Shown here piece by piece: positions 1-14,329 of a stretch of DNA of 64,000 nt. The DNA is from the human T2T-CHM13v2.0 reference genome, Homo sapiens, in NCBI RefSeq assembly GCF_009914755.1, contig NC_060936.1; one strand, given 5' to 3'. The translations under genes were made by a program, and so were the position numbers. The stretch's first letter is position 1. The number at the start of each line of letters is the position of its first letter. The notes below the pieces were generated by a model. The model did no database searches, was not told the origin of the DNA, and saw only the letters and a list, made by a program, of their open reading frames with translations.

Positions 1-75
1 TTTTTATCACTAAGAACTAGCACAAAATCTGGTACATAAAAAATAATAAATATTTGATGAATGAATGAATGGATG
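1..75 (+). mobile_element. L2 LINE 3' end fragment
   Basis: agaactagcaca...tggtacata...ataaatatttgatgaatgaatgaatg, the typical L2 3' terminus with (TGAA)n tail. Confidence 0.7.
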
Positions 76-999
76 AAAGAAGCAATAGACAAGCAGACAC
101 ATGGACAGACAGACTCAATAAATATATGTATAATGCCTACTGTGTGCCCTTGCTCTGGGCTCTGATAATTGACCAGTGCACAAAACAAAACCCATGAACA
201 AGTGAATTGAGGAAAGGACATGAAATTGTGGAAGAAAAAATAAAAACAGTCCAATGAAACATCATGAACCAGCACTTCATAAATTCAAGAATGTTGAGGT
301 TTTAGAAGGGACACCATACTTCTTCACAGCCAATTTCTTTCACGTGGGAAGAGAGGATTTGCTTACCATTTATAAAGATTGAGTATAGCCTTGTTCCCTC
401 ATTTCCTGTTTCTCAGGATACTTGTAATCTATGAATCACTTGCTTGAATTTGCCTTTCTCTACAAGCTCTCAAAGGTGGGTTGCACTGTTGCCAGTTTTT
501 ACCAAGAGAGATGTATATCCAAGCTTCCAGGGTACAAAGCCCTGACTGTGGTTTACTCCAATGTGCCTTCCCACTCAGGATTTCAGTCATCCTTATGTTC
601 TCCTACCAAGAATAAAGGGAAAAGATGGGAACACACATATGGACATTCCCCTGTAGTCAAGCAACCACTAAGAGCAGGGTATTCGGGGATATTGCTCAAA
701 CATTTCCAAACACGAATGTCTATGTTTGAATTATTAGTGCACATCCAGGAAAAACCCAGACCTCACAGACAGGAGTGATTGAGGCACCAACACACAACAA
801 CACTACCGTGATGTGATGTCAAGAAACTATTCCAGGTCACTTATGCAAGTGACAGAAAAGTCACCCAAACAAACATATAAAGAAACATGGCAGTCTCTGT
901 GCAGCATTTAAGAATCCACATTGTAAAGACTCTTGGATATCAGATGCTAATCAAACACTCATTTTTTCTCTTTCCTTACTTCCCTTACTGTGGTCAGAT

Positions 1000-2240
1000 T
1001 TTCAAAAATAAGAATTGAATCCTTTCTTGACTCTTCTTACTCTGAAACTCAGTTCCTCATCTTGGTTTGGCCCTTTACTTTTATCCAGTTACGCTTTTCT
1101 CCCAATGATATTATCCAATTGAGCAATCACTTCTACATAGATTGCTCTCAATTCTTTGGCCATGAGCTCAGACCTGTATTGTAATCTTCTAGCCGGATAT
1201 CTGGATGTTTCTCCAATACCACAAAACAAACATGTTCAAAACCAAAGTCATCCTCTTCCTCCACAAAACCAGTTCTTCCACTTGACTTTCCAGCTTCTAT
1301 TAATGGTGCCACTGTTCTACTGGCCAGAAATCTCAATCATCATTGACTCTTTCCTCTCTTTTATCCCTCCCTCTCGTCCATTCTTAAATTCTACAGCAAA
1401 GTTATCTAAGACTCATTTCTAATATTTCACTCCCATTTATCCTCCTTAATATTCAACTTTTTGTTTTATTTTCACTACCTCCACTCTAGTTCAAGCTCTT
1501 ATGTCGTCTCACCTGGACTATTGCAAACACTATTACTGGGAAAATAACATTCCATAATCTGATAGATTTATATTCAAACTCTAGTTTTATTTCTTTCTAG
1601 GTGTGTGGTCTTGAGCAATTTTCCCAAACCCTCTAAGCTTCAATTTGCTCCATTAAATGGTGGATCATTTCAGGAGTATATAAGACGATGTAAAGTTAAA
1701 GCATTTAGTATATAATAGTTCAATGGATCAATTACTATTCCCCTAAAAAAAAGTGTTCTAATCATGTCCTTTCCATATTCATAAACCTCAAATGACTTCC
1801 TTGTTTCTACAAAATAGGACCCAGTTATTTATCTGCCTTCTACAACATCACCCAAGCTATTTTTCTAGCCTTCATCTCCCAAACTGGCGTTTTCAGTCTT
1901 CCCCAAACACACCCATGTGTTTACTCTGATGATCTTTACAACTGATACAACTTTCCCATTAATCTCCACCAGTCAAAATTCTACCATCCTTTTAGAAACA
2001 ACTCAAATGCTACTCCCTTTGTGAGATCTAATTCTGATAATCAAATATGATTTCTTCTGCTTTTGAATCTCCTTTGCTTTCTTGATATTTTATTATAAAA
2101 TTTGTCATATTTGTATTCATACTAGTCTCATGTGTGTCTTTGTTTTATTCTAAGTATGGGACTGTGAGCTGTCTAACTTCCTGTCATCTCTAAAGCCTAG
2201 TACTTTTCACTTATTTAACGCACAGAAAATGAGCTAAATT
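1000..2240 (+). mobile_element. Degenerate L2 LINE, interrupted by a MIR at ~1540-1740
   Basis: L2 motifs catgttcaaaaccaaa, tctcacctggactattgcaa, ctcaaatgctactccc; MIR core gtgtggtcttgagcaatt...ctctaagcttcaattt. Confidence 0.65.
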
Positions 2241-2989
2241 GATTTTAAGGACGTATCCCTGGAAGAATAGCATTTATTTATCTGTTAGAATACTAACTTG
2301 ACAAGAGCAATCATTTTTTTATTATTTTAATCAATGATATATCCCAAGCTCTTAGAACAATGATTAGAATATAGTGAGTGCTCAAAAACTATCTTTTGAA
2401 TGACTTTATAATCCAATATTATCCTTTAAGCCAAGAAAAAAATCCCATATAATCCAATTCTTTAACGTTATGCCAATTAGCAACACCTAAGCTCTCCAGA
2501 GTCTTATATTGGGGACATCATATCATTGACAGGAAGTGGGCACCAAGTGTCCACCCAGTGAGAGTACCCAAAGAAAGAGAGCCCTGTCCACTTCTACATG
2601 GATTGCAGCCTTCTCTACAGCTGCCTGATCCCTTCCAATTACCCAACATGCATCTTTCTATCTGGCTTGGACACTGGGCCTGCGCTTTGGCAGGGGCATA
2701 AATTAAAACCCAAGAGAACAATCACAGGAACACTGGCCTCTGAAGTCAAGGCCAGCCAGCAGTATGATGCAGGCACCGAATGTCACCTTCCTTTCCTTCA
2801 GTCAGAATCCTAAACCACTTGCCAGCCAAGCCAGAGACAGAAAAACACTGTTAGGCTGTTGGCCAAAATCCCCAAGCAGTCCACAGACATTATTTTGCTA
2901 ACTCTGACACAGTTTTAAACTGTGCCTATATAGATCCAGCCTGTTCACTCCCTACCATGGTAGCTGGGGGAAAACAACAAGTGAAGAGA

Positions 2990-3190
2990 TGAAAACCTTA
3001 AAGTCAAACAGACCTGGCTCTGAATGCTGGCTCCACCACCGACAGGCAATGCAGTTGTGGATATAGTTTCAATCTCCGGGGCTTCAGATTTCTTATCTCT
3101 AAAATAATACCCACCTTATAGCATTGTTATAAGAATTAATGCTAATATATGTAAAGCAGCAGGCACCTAGCTATCACTGTTGGTGTTATT
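2990..3190 (+). mobile_element. MIR SINE
   Basis: agtcaaacagacctggctctgaatgctggctccaccac...atctctaaaataatacccaccttatagcattgttataagaattaa. Confidence 0.75.
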
Positions 3191-3899
3191 ACTATTATTA
3201 GACTAGAGATCAAAGAGAATAATCACAGGGATTAAGCCAGCTTTCCTAACACAATCCTAAGAATTCATCTTGACCAATTCTCTTGAATATGGCTCATTTT
3301 GTCCCTTTAAAGAATAATGCTAAGTTTCTAAGAAAAATAATCAAGGAAGGATACTAAGCATCTAAAACCCAACTGATGATAAAAACCTTCACATGAATTT
3401 TCAGAACTTATCTTTGCTATCCCTGGCAGAAAGTTTATGGGCTTGACCTCATTTTCCCTCATCCCCTGAACCTGAAGACTCTAACAGTGCCCTTGAGGTC
3501 TCTATACCTCTACGTCACTGTCATCTACAAGGGTCCACCTCTTCTCAGCAGTTTGCCTTCACTCCTTAACATCCCTTCATCAGCCTTGTCTTTCCTTGGC
3601 CCCCCCACCCCCCATCACACACTCCAGACTCCTTCAGCCACCCTGCCGCCTCCTCCACCCTTACTCACACCCACTCTCACCTTCATTGCTATGACTGCCA
3701 GGCCCTAGAGAGAGGAGTGAGGGGTAAAAGAATGAACTTCTTTTGTTTACAGCAACCACAACCTGCCAAAAAAGCCAGCAGCTCTACACCTGCTCAACTG
3801 TCACCCATTGTTTTTACTCTACTGACTGAAAATTAAAGTCCCTGGTCTGACTGCATCTGAAACACATACTTTCTAAGGTTTATTTTGTATCCTCTACCT

Positions 3900-6800
3900 T
3901 TTTAATATTTTTAAATTTTTTATTGTTGTGGTTACATAGTAAGTATATATATTTATGAGGTACAGGAGATATTTTGATACAGGCATGCAATGCATAATAA
4001 TCATATCAGAGCAAATATATATAATTCAATCATATAATTATAATATATAATTTAATTATACTCTTAGCTATTTTTAAGTGAACAGTTAAATTATTTTTTA
4101 ATATAGTCACCCTGCTGTGCTAGCAAAAACCACATCTTATTTATTCTTTCTATTTTTTTGTACTGATTAATGGTCTCCCCTGCACCTCCACCCTCCAACT
4201 CCTGACTACCCTTCCCAGCCTCTTACAACCATCCATCTATATTCTATCACTATGAGTTCAATTGTTTTAATTTTTAGCTCCCACAGGTAAGTGAGAACAT
4301 GCAATGTTTGTCTTTCTGTGCCTGGCTTATTTCACTTAACATAATGACCTCCAGTTCTATCCATATTGTTGCAAATGACAAGGTCTCATTTTTCTATGGC
4401 TGAATAGTACCCTCTTGCATATACGTACCACGTTTTCTTCATCCATTATTCTGTTGATAGACACTTAGGTTGCTTCCAAATCTTGGCTATTATGAATAGG
4501 GCTACAATAAACATGGGAGTGCAGATATCTCTTCAATATGCTAATTTCCTTTCTTTTAGGTATATATTTAGAAATGGGATTGCTGGATCGTATGGTAGTT
4601 CTATTTTTACTTTTCTGAGGGACTTCCAAACTGTTCTCCATAGTGATTGTACTAATTTACATTCCCGCCAACAGTGTGTGAGGGTTCCCTTTTCTCCACA
4701 CCCTCACCACCATTTGCTATTGCCTGTCTTTTGAATAAAAGCAATTTTAACTGTAGTGAGATGATATCTCATTGTAGTTTTGATTTGCATTTCTCCAATT
4801 ATCAATGATATTGAGCACCTTTTAATATACCTGTTTGCCACTTATATGTCTTCTTTCGAGAAATGTCTGTTCAGATCTTTTTCCCATTTTTAATTGGATT
4901 ACTAGACTTTTTCCTATAAAGTTGTTTGAGCTCCTTATATATTCTGATTATTAATCCCTTGCCATATGGGTAGTTTGCAAATATTTTCTCCCATTCTGTG
5001 GGTTGTCTCTTCACTTTGTTGATTGTTTCCTTTGCTGTGGAGAAACTTTTTAACTTGATGTGACCTCATTTGTCCATTTTTGCTTTGGTTGCCTGTGCCT
5101 GTGGGGTATTACTCAAGAAGTCTTTGCCCAGTCCAATGTCCTGGAGAATTTCTCCAATGTTTTCTTTCAGTAGTTTCTTTTAGTAGATTGTTTGAGATCA
5201 TAGATTTTGTAAGTCTTTAATCCATTTCTATTTGACTTTTGTATAAGGCAAGAAAGGATCAAGTTTCATTCTTCTGCATATGTACATACAGTTTTCCCAG
5301 CACTATTTATTGAAGAGACTATCCCATCCCCCAATGTATGTTCTTGGCATCTTTGCAGAAAATGAGTTTACTATAGATGTGTGGATTTATTTCTAGGTTC
5401 TCTATCCTGTTCCAGTTGTCTATGTGTCTATTTCTTTTTATGTTGGTACCATACTGTTTGGTTACTATAGCTCTGTAGCATAATTTAAAGTCAGGTAATG
5501 TGATTCCTCCCCTAGTTTTGTTCTTTTTACTTAAGATAGCTTTGGATACTCTGGGTCTTTTGTGGTTCCACATAAATTTTAAGATTGTTTTTTTCTATTT
5601 CTGTCAAGAACTTCATTGGTATTTTGAAAGAGATTACATTGAATCTGTAGATTGCTTGGGGTAGTATGGACATTTTAACAATATTTATTTTTCCAATCCA
5701 TTAACATAAATATCCTTTCATTTTTCTGTGTCTGCTTCAATTTCTTGCATCCATATTTTATGGTTTTAACTGGAAAGTCTTTCACTTCTTTGGTTAAGTT
5801 AATTCCTAGGTATTTAATTTTATTTGTAGCTATTGTAAATGGGATTACTTTCTTGATTTCTTTTTCAGATTGTTCATTGTTGGCATATAGAAATGCTACT
5901 GATTTTTGTATGTTAATTTTGTATGCCGAAACTTTACTGAATTTGCTTATCAGTTCTAATAGTTTTTCAGTGGAGTCTTTAGGTTTTTCCAAATGTAAGA
6001 TCATATCATCCACAATCAAGGATAATTTGACTTCTTTCTTTACAATCTGTATGTCTTTTATTTCTTTCTCTTGTCTGATTGCTCTAGCTAGGACTTCCAG
6101 TACTAGGTTGAATAACAGTGTGGACAGTGGGAAGCCTTGTCATGTTTCAGATCTTAGAGGAAAGGCTTTCAGTTTTTTCTCTATTCAGTATGATACTAGC
6201 TGCAGGTCTGTTGTATATGGCTTTTATTATGTTGAGGTATGTTTTTTCCATACCAGTTTTTTCAGGGTTTTTTTTTTTAATCATAAAGGGATGTTGAATT
6301 TTATCAAATGCTTTTTCAGCATCAATTGAAATGATCATATGGTTTTTGTCCTTTATTCTGTTGATATGCTGTATGACATTGATTGATTTGTGTATATTGA
6401 ACCATGTTTGCATTACTAGGATAAATCCCATTTGGTCATGATGAAATATATATATTTCTTGGAGTCTCCATTGTACAGGCTGGAGTGCAGTGGCACGATT
6501 CTCAGTTCACTGCAACCTCCATCTCCCGGGTTCAAACAATTCTCCTGCCTCAGCCTCCTGAGTAGCTGGGATTACAGGCATGCTCCACGACACCCAGCTA
6601 ATTTTTTGTAGAGATGGGGTTTACCATTTTGAACAGGCTGGTCTCAAACTCCTGACCTCAGGTGATCCACCCGCCTTGGCATCCCAAAGTGCTGGGATTA
6701 TAGGCGTGAGCCACTGTGCCTGGCCTGAATGATCTTTTTAATGAGTTTTTGAATTCAACTTGCTAGTATTTTGTTGAGGATTTTTGCATAAATATTCGTT

Positions 6801-7609
6801 AGGGATATTGGCCTATAGTTTTCTTATTTTTTTGATTGTCTTTGTCTGGTTTTGGTATCAGGGTAATATTGAGAATGAGTTTGAAAGTGTTCCCTCCTCC
6901 TCTATTTTTTGTAATAGTTTGAGTAGAATTGGTATTAGATCTTTAAATGTTCAGTAGAATTCAGCAGTGATGCCATCAGATCCCAAGCTTTTCTTTGCTG
7001 GAAGCCTTTTTATTACACCTTTGATCTTGTTACTCATTATTGGTCTGTTCAGGTTTTAGATTTCTGCACGATTCAATCTTGGTAGGTTGTATGTGTCTAA
7101 GAACTTGTTCATTTCTTCTAGATTTTCCAATTTATTGACAAACACTTGCTCATAGTAGCCACTAATGATCCTTTGAATTCCTGTGGTATTGTTTGTAATG
7201 TATCCTTTGTCATCTCTGATTTTATTTATTTGGATCTTTCTCTTTTTTTCTTAGGTAGTCTGGCTAAATGTTTGCCTATTTTGTTTAACTTTTCAAAAAA
7301 CAACTTTTTGTTTCATTGATCTTTTATACTGTTTTCTTCATTTCAAATTCCTTTATTTCTGCTCTGATCTTTATTATTTATTTTCTTCTACTAATTTTGA
7401 ATTCAGTTTGCTCTTGCTTTTCTAGTTCTTTAAGATGCATCATTGGGTTGTTTATTTGAATTTTTTCTTATTTTTCAATGTAGGCACTTACAGCTATAAA
7501 CTTCCCCCTTAGTATTGCTTTTGCTATATCCCATAGATTTTGGTATGTTGGGTTCTTATTATCATTTATTTCAAGACATTTTTCAATTTCCTTCTTAATT
7601 TCTTCATTG
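3900..7609 (-). mobile_element. 5'-truncated L1MA-type LINE-1 (ORF2 remnant plus 3' UTR), non-functional
   Basis: Minus-strand ORF fragments are LINE-1 ORF2 ([27 protein letters not shown]; [12 protein letters not shown]; [18 protein letters not shown]; TYQNLWD.AKAILRGKFIA) broken by stops and frameshifts; L1MA-style 3' UTR near 3900-4300. Confidence 0.95.
6450..6725 (-). mobile_element. AluS inserted in the L1MA
   Basis: ggctggagtgcagtggc...ctcctgacctcaggtgatccacc...gagccactgtgcctggcc. Confidence 0.95.
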
Positions 7610-7789
7610 AGCATCTCCTCCGAGCCACAGGTCACCCAGTCTACATCATTTCTCATCTGTCAATCACACCACCTCTTAGCTCTTGTGTCAGTCTCCAGGA
7701 CAACCATACTTCAGCCCCATTTCCTTCTGATATGCTCTGCTTAGCCCAGTGATTCTTCTAGGCAGCTAGTTCTCCTAAATTACTACATT

Positions 7790-8280
7790 GCTCACAAACA
7801 CTTAATGGCTCCCATTGCCACATAAAATCCAAACTCCTCTGAGTAGTCCATGAAGCCCTCTGTGATCTCATCCTCATCTCTTGCCACATGCTTATGGCAT
7901 CCTAAGCTAATCACCAAATACATCATGCTGTTTCGTGTCTTCATACCTCTTATCATGCTGCTCTCTCTGCCCAGAAAAGGAACATCCTTCCTCACCTACC
8001 TTCCAAAACTGAAAACCTCTTAGTCCTCTTTCAAGAATCTGCTCAAGCCTGACCTCACCAGCTAGACTTGCCACCTTCTTCCTTTCTGCCCCCACTTTTC
8101 CTCTTTCTCTTATTTGCCATTGTATCTATCACACTGAATGGCTTTTGTTTATTTCTGCCTTAACTCCTAGACCATGAGCTCTTTGATAGTAGGAATCAAG
8201 TCGTGTTTACCTATGAGTTCTTAGTACCATGCCAAATGCCTGGCACATAGTGGGTGCTCTATAAACATTTATTATGTTGA
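7790..8280 (+). mobile_element. L2 LINE 3' portion
   Basis: aatggctcccattgcc..ataaaatccaaactcct; ctagaccatgagctctttga; tgcctggcacatagtgggtgctctataaacattt. Confidence 0.75.
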
Positions 8281-8519
8281 TCTTTCCTAATTATTTTAGG
8301 GACTCTTTTGACAAGAACCTCACTTAAAACTAAATCAGCTTGAAAAGACCAATATCAAAAGATTTATTCCTGCTTTAATTGGTTAGAGTATAATTTCACA
8401 TTCCAGGAACCCCTGAAATATCTTTTTTTTTCATATTTTTTTCTTAGAAAGTCATTTCATTTTGCCAGTTGGAACAAGCCTAGAAGTTTGGTGTTTTGTT
8501 TTGAAACTGAAAATTGCTT

Positions 8520-8930
8520 TAAGAGGCACTTTGTGCACTTGGACGTGGTTGAGAAGAGACCCACAGAGATGATTAAAGGCTGAAAAACAGACTAAGAAAA
8601 CTGGAAGAGAAAGCTAAAGGCAATTTAGTAATCAACGTCAAGCATATGAAAGGTTGTTATTACCAAGGAGGGTGACAAGCCCATGCTGTTCATACCCTCT
8701 AAGGGGAGAGCAACAGGAAATGAGGCAAGTTGCAGCATAGATGACTTCGGTTAGATAAAGAGGAACTTACTTGGCAGAAAACATTGCTACAAACTGAAGG
8801 GTCCAACAGGAATGATGCTTGGTCCCTCCTTCTCCAGAGGTATGTAAACAGGAAAAGTTTCCAACTGCCTGGAATGTTCCCTGTGCAATATTGCCTAAAC
8901 TAGGGAATAGAATTAACAGTTTTGAGGGAC
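8520..8930 (+). mobile_element. CR1/L3 LINE 3' remnant
   Basis: agaagagacccacagagatgattaaaggctg; aagttgcagcat...ttcggttagata..aggaacttac; tccctccttctccagaggt..taaacag resemble the CR1 ORF2 end and 3' UTR. Confidence 0.55.
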
Positions 8931-9507
8931 AGTCTCCAGAAAAGACATAGATTTTTGGCACCCAGGACACAGGTGACCTGACAAAGTCCTTCCAACTCCA
9001 AAAATCTTGGAGAAAGTATTTCAGAGGAACTGAATTCAACAGTCACATCTTTTCACTACACATTTACTAAGCCTCTTTTCGAAGCCACGCCAGGTTAGAT
9101 ACCATCCCAATTACTAAGGCATAGTTTATGCTAATAGAGGAAAGAGCTGATTACCACATATTCTTTAGAGGCCTATCAGGCATCAGCTCTCCGAATTCTG
9201 TCTCACTCATACATGTGCACACATATACAACTACAAAGCAACCGCCAAAGCTACTTGCATTTCCTCTGAGTGACACCGACCCCTAGCTGCTCTAACCTCC
9301 AAACCTTTGCATGTGGTATTTCCTCTACCTCTAATTCCCTTCCCCCACTTCCTTACTTTGTAAATCCCTTCTTGTCCCTAAAGATACTGCTCAGGCATTA
9401 CCTCCTCCAAGCTGCCCTCTTGCCACAGCTACTATTCCCTTCACCCCAACTCTAGATTATGATACTCTTTCATGATCCCTGGCTGAAAGCATTAGGAACT
9501 GAATCAA

Positions 9508-9736
9508 AATAATCCAAAAGAGAACTTGTTGGAAGTATAATGTATCAGCAGCTCAATAGCAGATAGAGGAACAAGCTTGCAAATGCCCAAGATTTAGGGG
9601 AGTTAAAGCCAAGAACCAGAACCAATAATCCAAAAGAGAACTTGTTGGAAGTATAATGTATCAGCGGCTCAATAGCAGATAGAGGAACAAGCTTGCAAAT
9701 GCCCAAGATTTAGGGGAGTTAAAACCAAGAACCAGA
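9508..9736. repeat. Tandem duplication: two 113-bp copies, period 116
   Basis: 9508-9620 vs 9624-9736 differ at 2 positions (cagcagc/cagcggc; aaagcc/aaaacc); 3-bp spacer acc. Confidence 0.97.
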
Positions 9737-12700
9737 GGGTATAATTGTCTTATATTTGAAAGCATCAGGACTGGATGTTTCTACCTCACTTCAGTTCAGA
9801 ATGCCCTGAATATACTCTCTCCATCCTAGTATCAACATCCTAAAAGAGGGTCTCATCGGCCAACCTTGGGTCTCATGACTAGTCTGAACTAGCCTGTGAC
9901 TGTGCTAGGGTGGGAGAGGAAGATCACTCTTTTCAGTTTGTCTAGTGAGCATTGGTCACTAGAAATTATCATCCCACTTAAATTCACACAAAGGAGGAGA
10001 GGTGATTCCCCCCAAAAAGAAATTGTAATAAAATAGGAGAGGCAAGGTAAGCTAAGCAGCTCTCTCTTACGTTCATTACATTGTGGTATGATCCTTGGTT
10101 TTCCTGTCTGTGTTCTTAGTAAGTTCATGTGCACTCTGAAGGCAGCAATTGTATCTTTTATTTGTGTCTCATAGACTATTGGGTACAGAATCTGTGATCA
10201 ATAACCTTTTACAGGTTCTTGGTCAATATTTGTTGAATGATACATGAAGGCTAAGACCATATGTATCCCTGTGTCTGCCAACTTCAAGCTCAGTGCTTTT
10301 TCTACCATACCACAAGGTTAGCAGGGATTATGTGCTCAGCCTTAATCCAGTTACCTGTTTCTTAACCTAAGGTATTTGTTGTTATTGGGGTTTTTTTTTA
10401 ATAAATTAAGATTGGTATAGTAAGTCTTGGTTACAGCCGGCAAAAAAAACAAGTCTCAAAATATTCACAGAACTGAATCCCAGGATGTGCAAATGCAGTT
10501 TTTAAGCATCCATTTACCTTTGAGTGAAACTATGATATCCATCAAATTTCTCAGACAATACTATCCACAAACGTCAATTTTTACCTAGGTAATGGTGACT
10601 ATAGGAAAAGAAAATAAGAAAAATAATACCAGAAGTTTGCAAATAAGCTCTAAACGTAGCAAATAACTAAACATAATAAAACATAGTGCATATGTGTTTC
10701 CGTGGCCACTATCACACAGGTAAGCATGGCTGACTGGCTTGGTAAGTCCATTTCAATACTACCAGTGTTCATTGACAGTGTCTATAGCCATTCAAGCTTG
10801 TGAATTTGCATGGTTTGTTTAATCCAATTTCAATTTTGTTCTGAATCATACTTGGCCTTGCACTGAGTATTGCTTCATTGAGATGAATAAATGCACACCT
10901 TGTTCAAAAGAAAAAAAAAAGAGTCTTTGGGAATTCATTGTCAGAATTTCAAAAGTTCAAGATTTAGAACTTATAGATGACTAAGAGGTAAGTTGATCTT
11001 TCTTTGGGGACACATTGTCATGGACATCGAGAATTGCAGTCTCATGTTGGCAATAAATCAACAATGCATTTTGGCCTTATATAGTATCTATTGTCTTAAG
11101 TTTTAAGCCATCAAGCTTATATTTAAAAAATAGGTTAGGACTCCAAACTTATATATCTATATCTGTATTGAATTGGCCCAGGAACCGGGTTCTGGGTTCT
11201 CCTTCAATAAAGATTTCACATGACGCTTACATATTTATTCACGTTTTCTATATCACGTAAAAGATATTAGCAAGAGTGTTACACGAGATTCTTATTTTGA
11301 AACTTGTCAGTTCAGATACATTTTACATTTTATATTCAAATTTAAGATCAAACTAGTATATGGTAGTAATTTTTGCATGTTTATACCAAGATTTCCTCAT
11401 TTCTGCTGCATAGAACTCCACTTAAAAATCATTTAAAAAGCAGGAGAATTAGCTCTCATTGATCCAAACCTGGATTTACACGTCAGCTCCCTCTGGATAT
11501 GAAGAATGTGAAAGAAACTCAAATACCCTGAAAGTATTTTGAAGTTGCTTTTGCTGATGTGATCTATGATGGTAGACCAGTTTGGCAACCCTGAATTGTT
11601 TTTACTGCAGCTGTGGACTACCTGTGGTTTCAAATGAACTACTGTGTGTGCTTTGTTTATTTTATCCCTTCTTCCTGTTGGAAAAACAGCTGGAGAACAG
11701 ACATCCTGCTGTTCAGAGCCTCCGGCCTTGGAATATTAACAGGAAGCCACAATAAGCATCTTCATTACTTCACCTGTGGCATAAATGGCAGGGAGAATGG
11801 AGCCCATCAGGAGGAACTTATTTAAAACAGAATGAAGCAGTTTGTGGACCATATGTCTGCACATCCAAGTAACAGCCACTAGCCTAATAAATTGGATTCT
11901 TTCGTGCAGTGTTCAACCGGGGGAGGAGAAAAAGTCAGTGTCCTATATAAAAGAGTAAAGGCAGGCTTCAGTAGCCTTTGGCAATAAATGGAATACAATA
12001 TTTGGCGCATTAAACCAAGAAGTAGTATCACATGATTTATATCAGGTGCTTTTAGCAAAATATATGGGAGTAGATAGTAGGGGTATGTGGATGGGAGAGG
12101 AGGAAGCTAATAGTCTTACAAGATACTTTCATGTGTTTTCCATTATGCATAATTACTCATCCTAAGGCAAGAGGATTATTGCATAAGCATTATTCCAAAT
12201 AGCTTCCCATTTTAGGGGGAGAGGGAGGGGTGACTGGAGAGAGGACAAATAATTATAAAAGATCAATGTCCCTGTTCTCCAAATGAGGAGACGGGGCTAG
12301 AGAGGTATTATGACCTACCTAAGACTCTTTATGTAATGTCTACATTATAATGGGCCAGATATATTCCTGGAAGTGCATTTACCTGCTGAAGATTCATCTT
12401 CCCCTCTATAGAATGAAGCTGTGAAAAAAAAATATTCTGGAAAAAGTATTTCCCCTTTAAACGTAAAAATGAGCTACTGAACAGAAGGACAAAAGAAAGG
12501 AATAATAATCTTGACAGTCATCATTGAATACACACTGGAACCCTCGTTCTGACTGCACCTATATGCTGACAGGGCACTTCGTTTCTTAGATCCTTGCATG
12601 CATTCACTCTACCAACTCTGCAAAACACACTTAGAAAAAGAATGCGGCAGCACAAACACAGACACGATTTTTTTAAATCACAGTCCCCAGAACCGGGATT

Positions 12701-13140
12701 TTGGAAATCCATTATACCAATAATCACTACTAGCCCATAAAGCAGACAGACTTGGGTTCAAATCTCAAGCATCCCACTTTCAGATATGTGAACTTGGATA
12801 AATTATTGTATGCTTTGGAATATAAGGAATTCTTCTATTTTCCCAAGGAGAAGATTAAAAACTGTTTTTTCACCAACTGGAACTATATAAACTTTTAGAA
12901 ATAGAGATAAAATAATCAAAAGTCTAATAATTTATTAATTTAGTCATAGATATTTAAAATCATGTAAAATATCAATTTAGAAATTTTTGTCACCCTCACA
13001 TTTCATAAAAGTTTTCTTCTAATTCTTTTTTTTTCTAATTCTTAATACACGCCATTGACATTAGTGTCACCTGACAGTCTTCACAAATCATCTTCATTTT
13101 CACATGGGTTGTTTAATGCTGTCATCAGAAATTTTATCCT

Positions 13141-13558
13141 CTTGGAGAAAGAAAATGTGGTACATACACACCATGGAATACTCTGCAGCCATAAAAGAGA
13201 ACAAAATCATGTCCTTTGCAGCAACATGGATGCAGCGGGAAGCCATTATCCTAAGCAAACTAACACAGGAACAGAAAACCAAATACCACATGTTCTCACT
13301 TATAAGTAGGAGCTAAACATTGGGTAATCATGGACATAAAGATGGGAACAATAGATCCTGGGGACTACTACAGGGAGGAGGGAGGTAGGGGTAAAGGACT
13401 GAAAAACTACCTATTGGGTACTATGCTCGCTACCTGGGTGATAGGATCGATCATACCCCAAACCTCAGCATCAGGCAATATACCCATAACAAACCTGTAC
13501 ACATACCTCCTGAATCTAATATAAAAGTTGAAATTATTTTTTTAAAGTATTATAAAAA
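13141..13558 (+). mobile_element. L1PB-type 3' end, 5'-truncated, with TSD
   Basis: KKMWYIHTMEYSAAIK (end of ORF2) followed by 3' UTR; TSD agaaattttat(c/t)ct at 13127-13140 and 13559-13572. Confidence 0.92.
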
Positions 13559-13721
13559 AGAAATTTTATTCTGAACCATGAGCACCCATTCATATAACAT
13601 TAAGACAATTGTTTTGTTCATTTGTCCTGTAGGTGGAAGTTTGTGCTGTTGTATCCACTTAGTGTAATATGATAACTAATATATTGCTTCATATATTAAA
13701 TATATAAAATCCTCTTTTTAA

Positions 13722-14180
<459 letters not shown>

Positions 14181-14329
14181 TGAGAACAGAATCATCTGAG
14201 GTCATCTCAGCCTTATGTGGTTTTAAGAAGTTGAATACATGCCCCATAATTTGAGAGACTTTATAAAGATTGAACTGCAATATAAGGTGACCCCTTCATT
14301 CCTGGGAAATAGGTTTGGAACCTGTCTCA

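Noticed and set aside
431-778. 115-aa plus-strand ORF
   Set aside because: No recognisable domain or supporting gene structure; length is compatible with chance.
5319-7656. ORFs with reverse-transcriptase similarity, and the 194-aa antisense ORF at 5745-6329
   Set aside because: Fragments of a dead L1 ORF2 and its antisense frame, not a functional retroelement or host gene.
9508-9736. Direct repeats resembling a CRISPR-like array
   Set aside because: Only two long adjacent copies with no unique spacers, in primate DNA; a simple tandem duplication.
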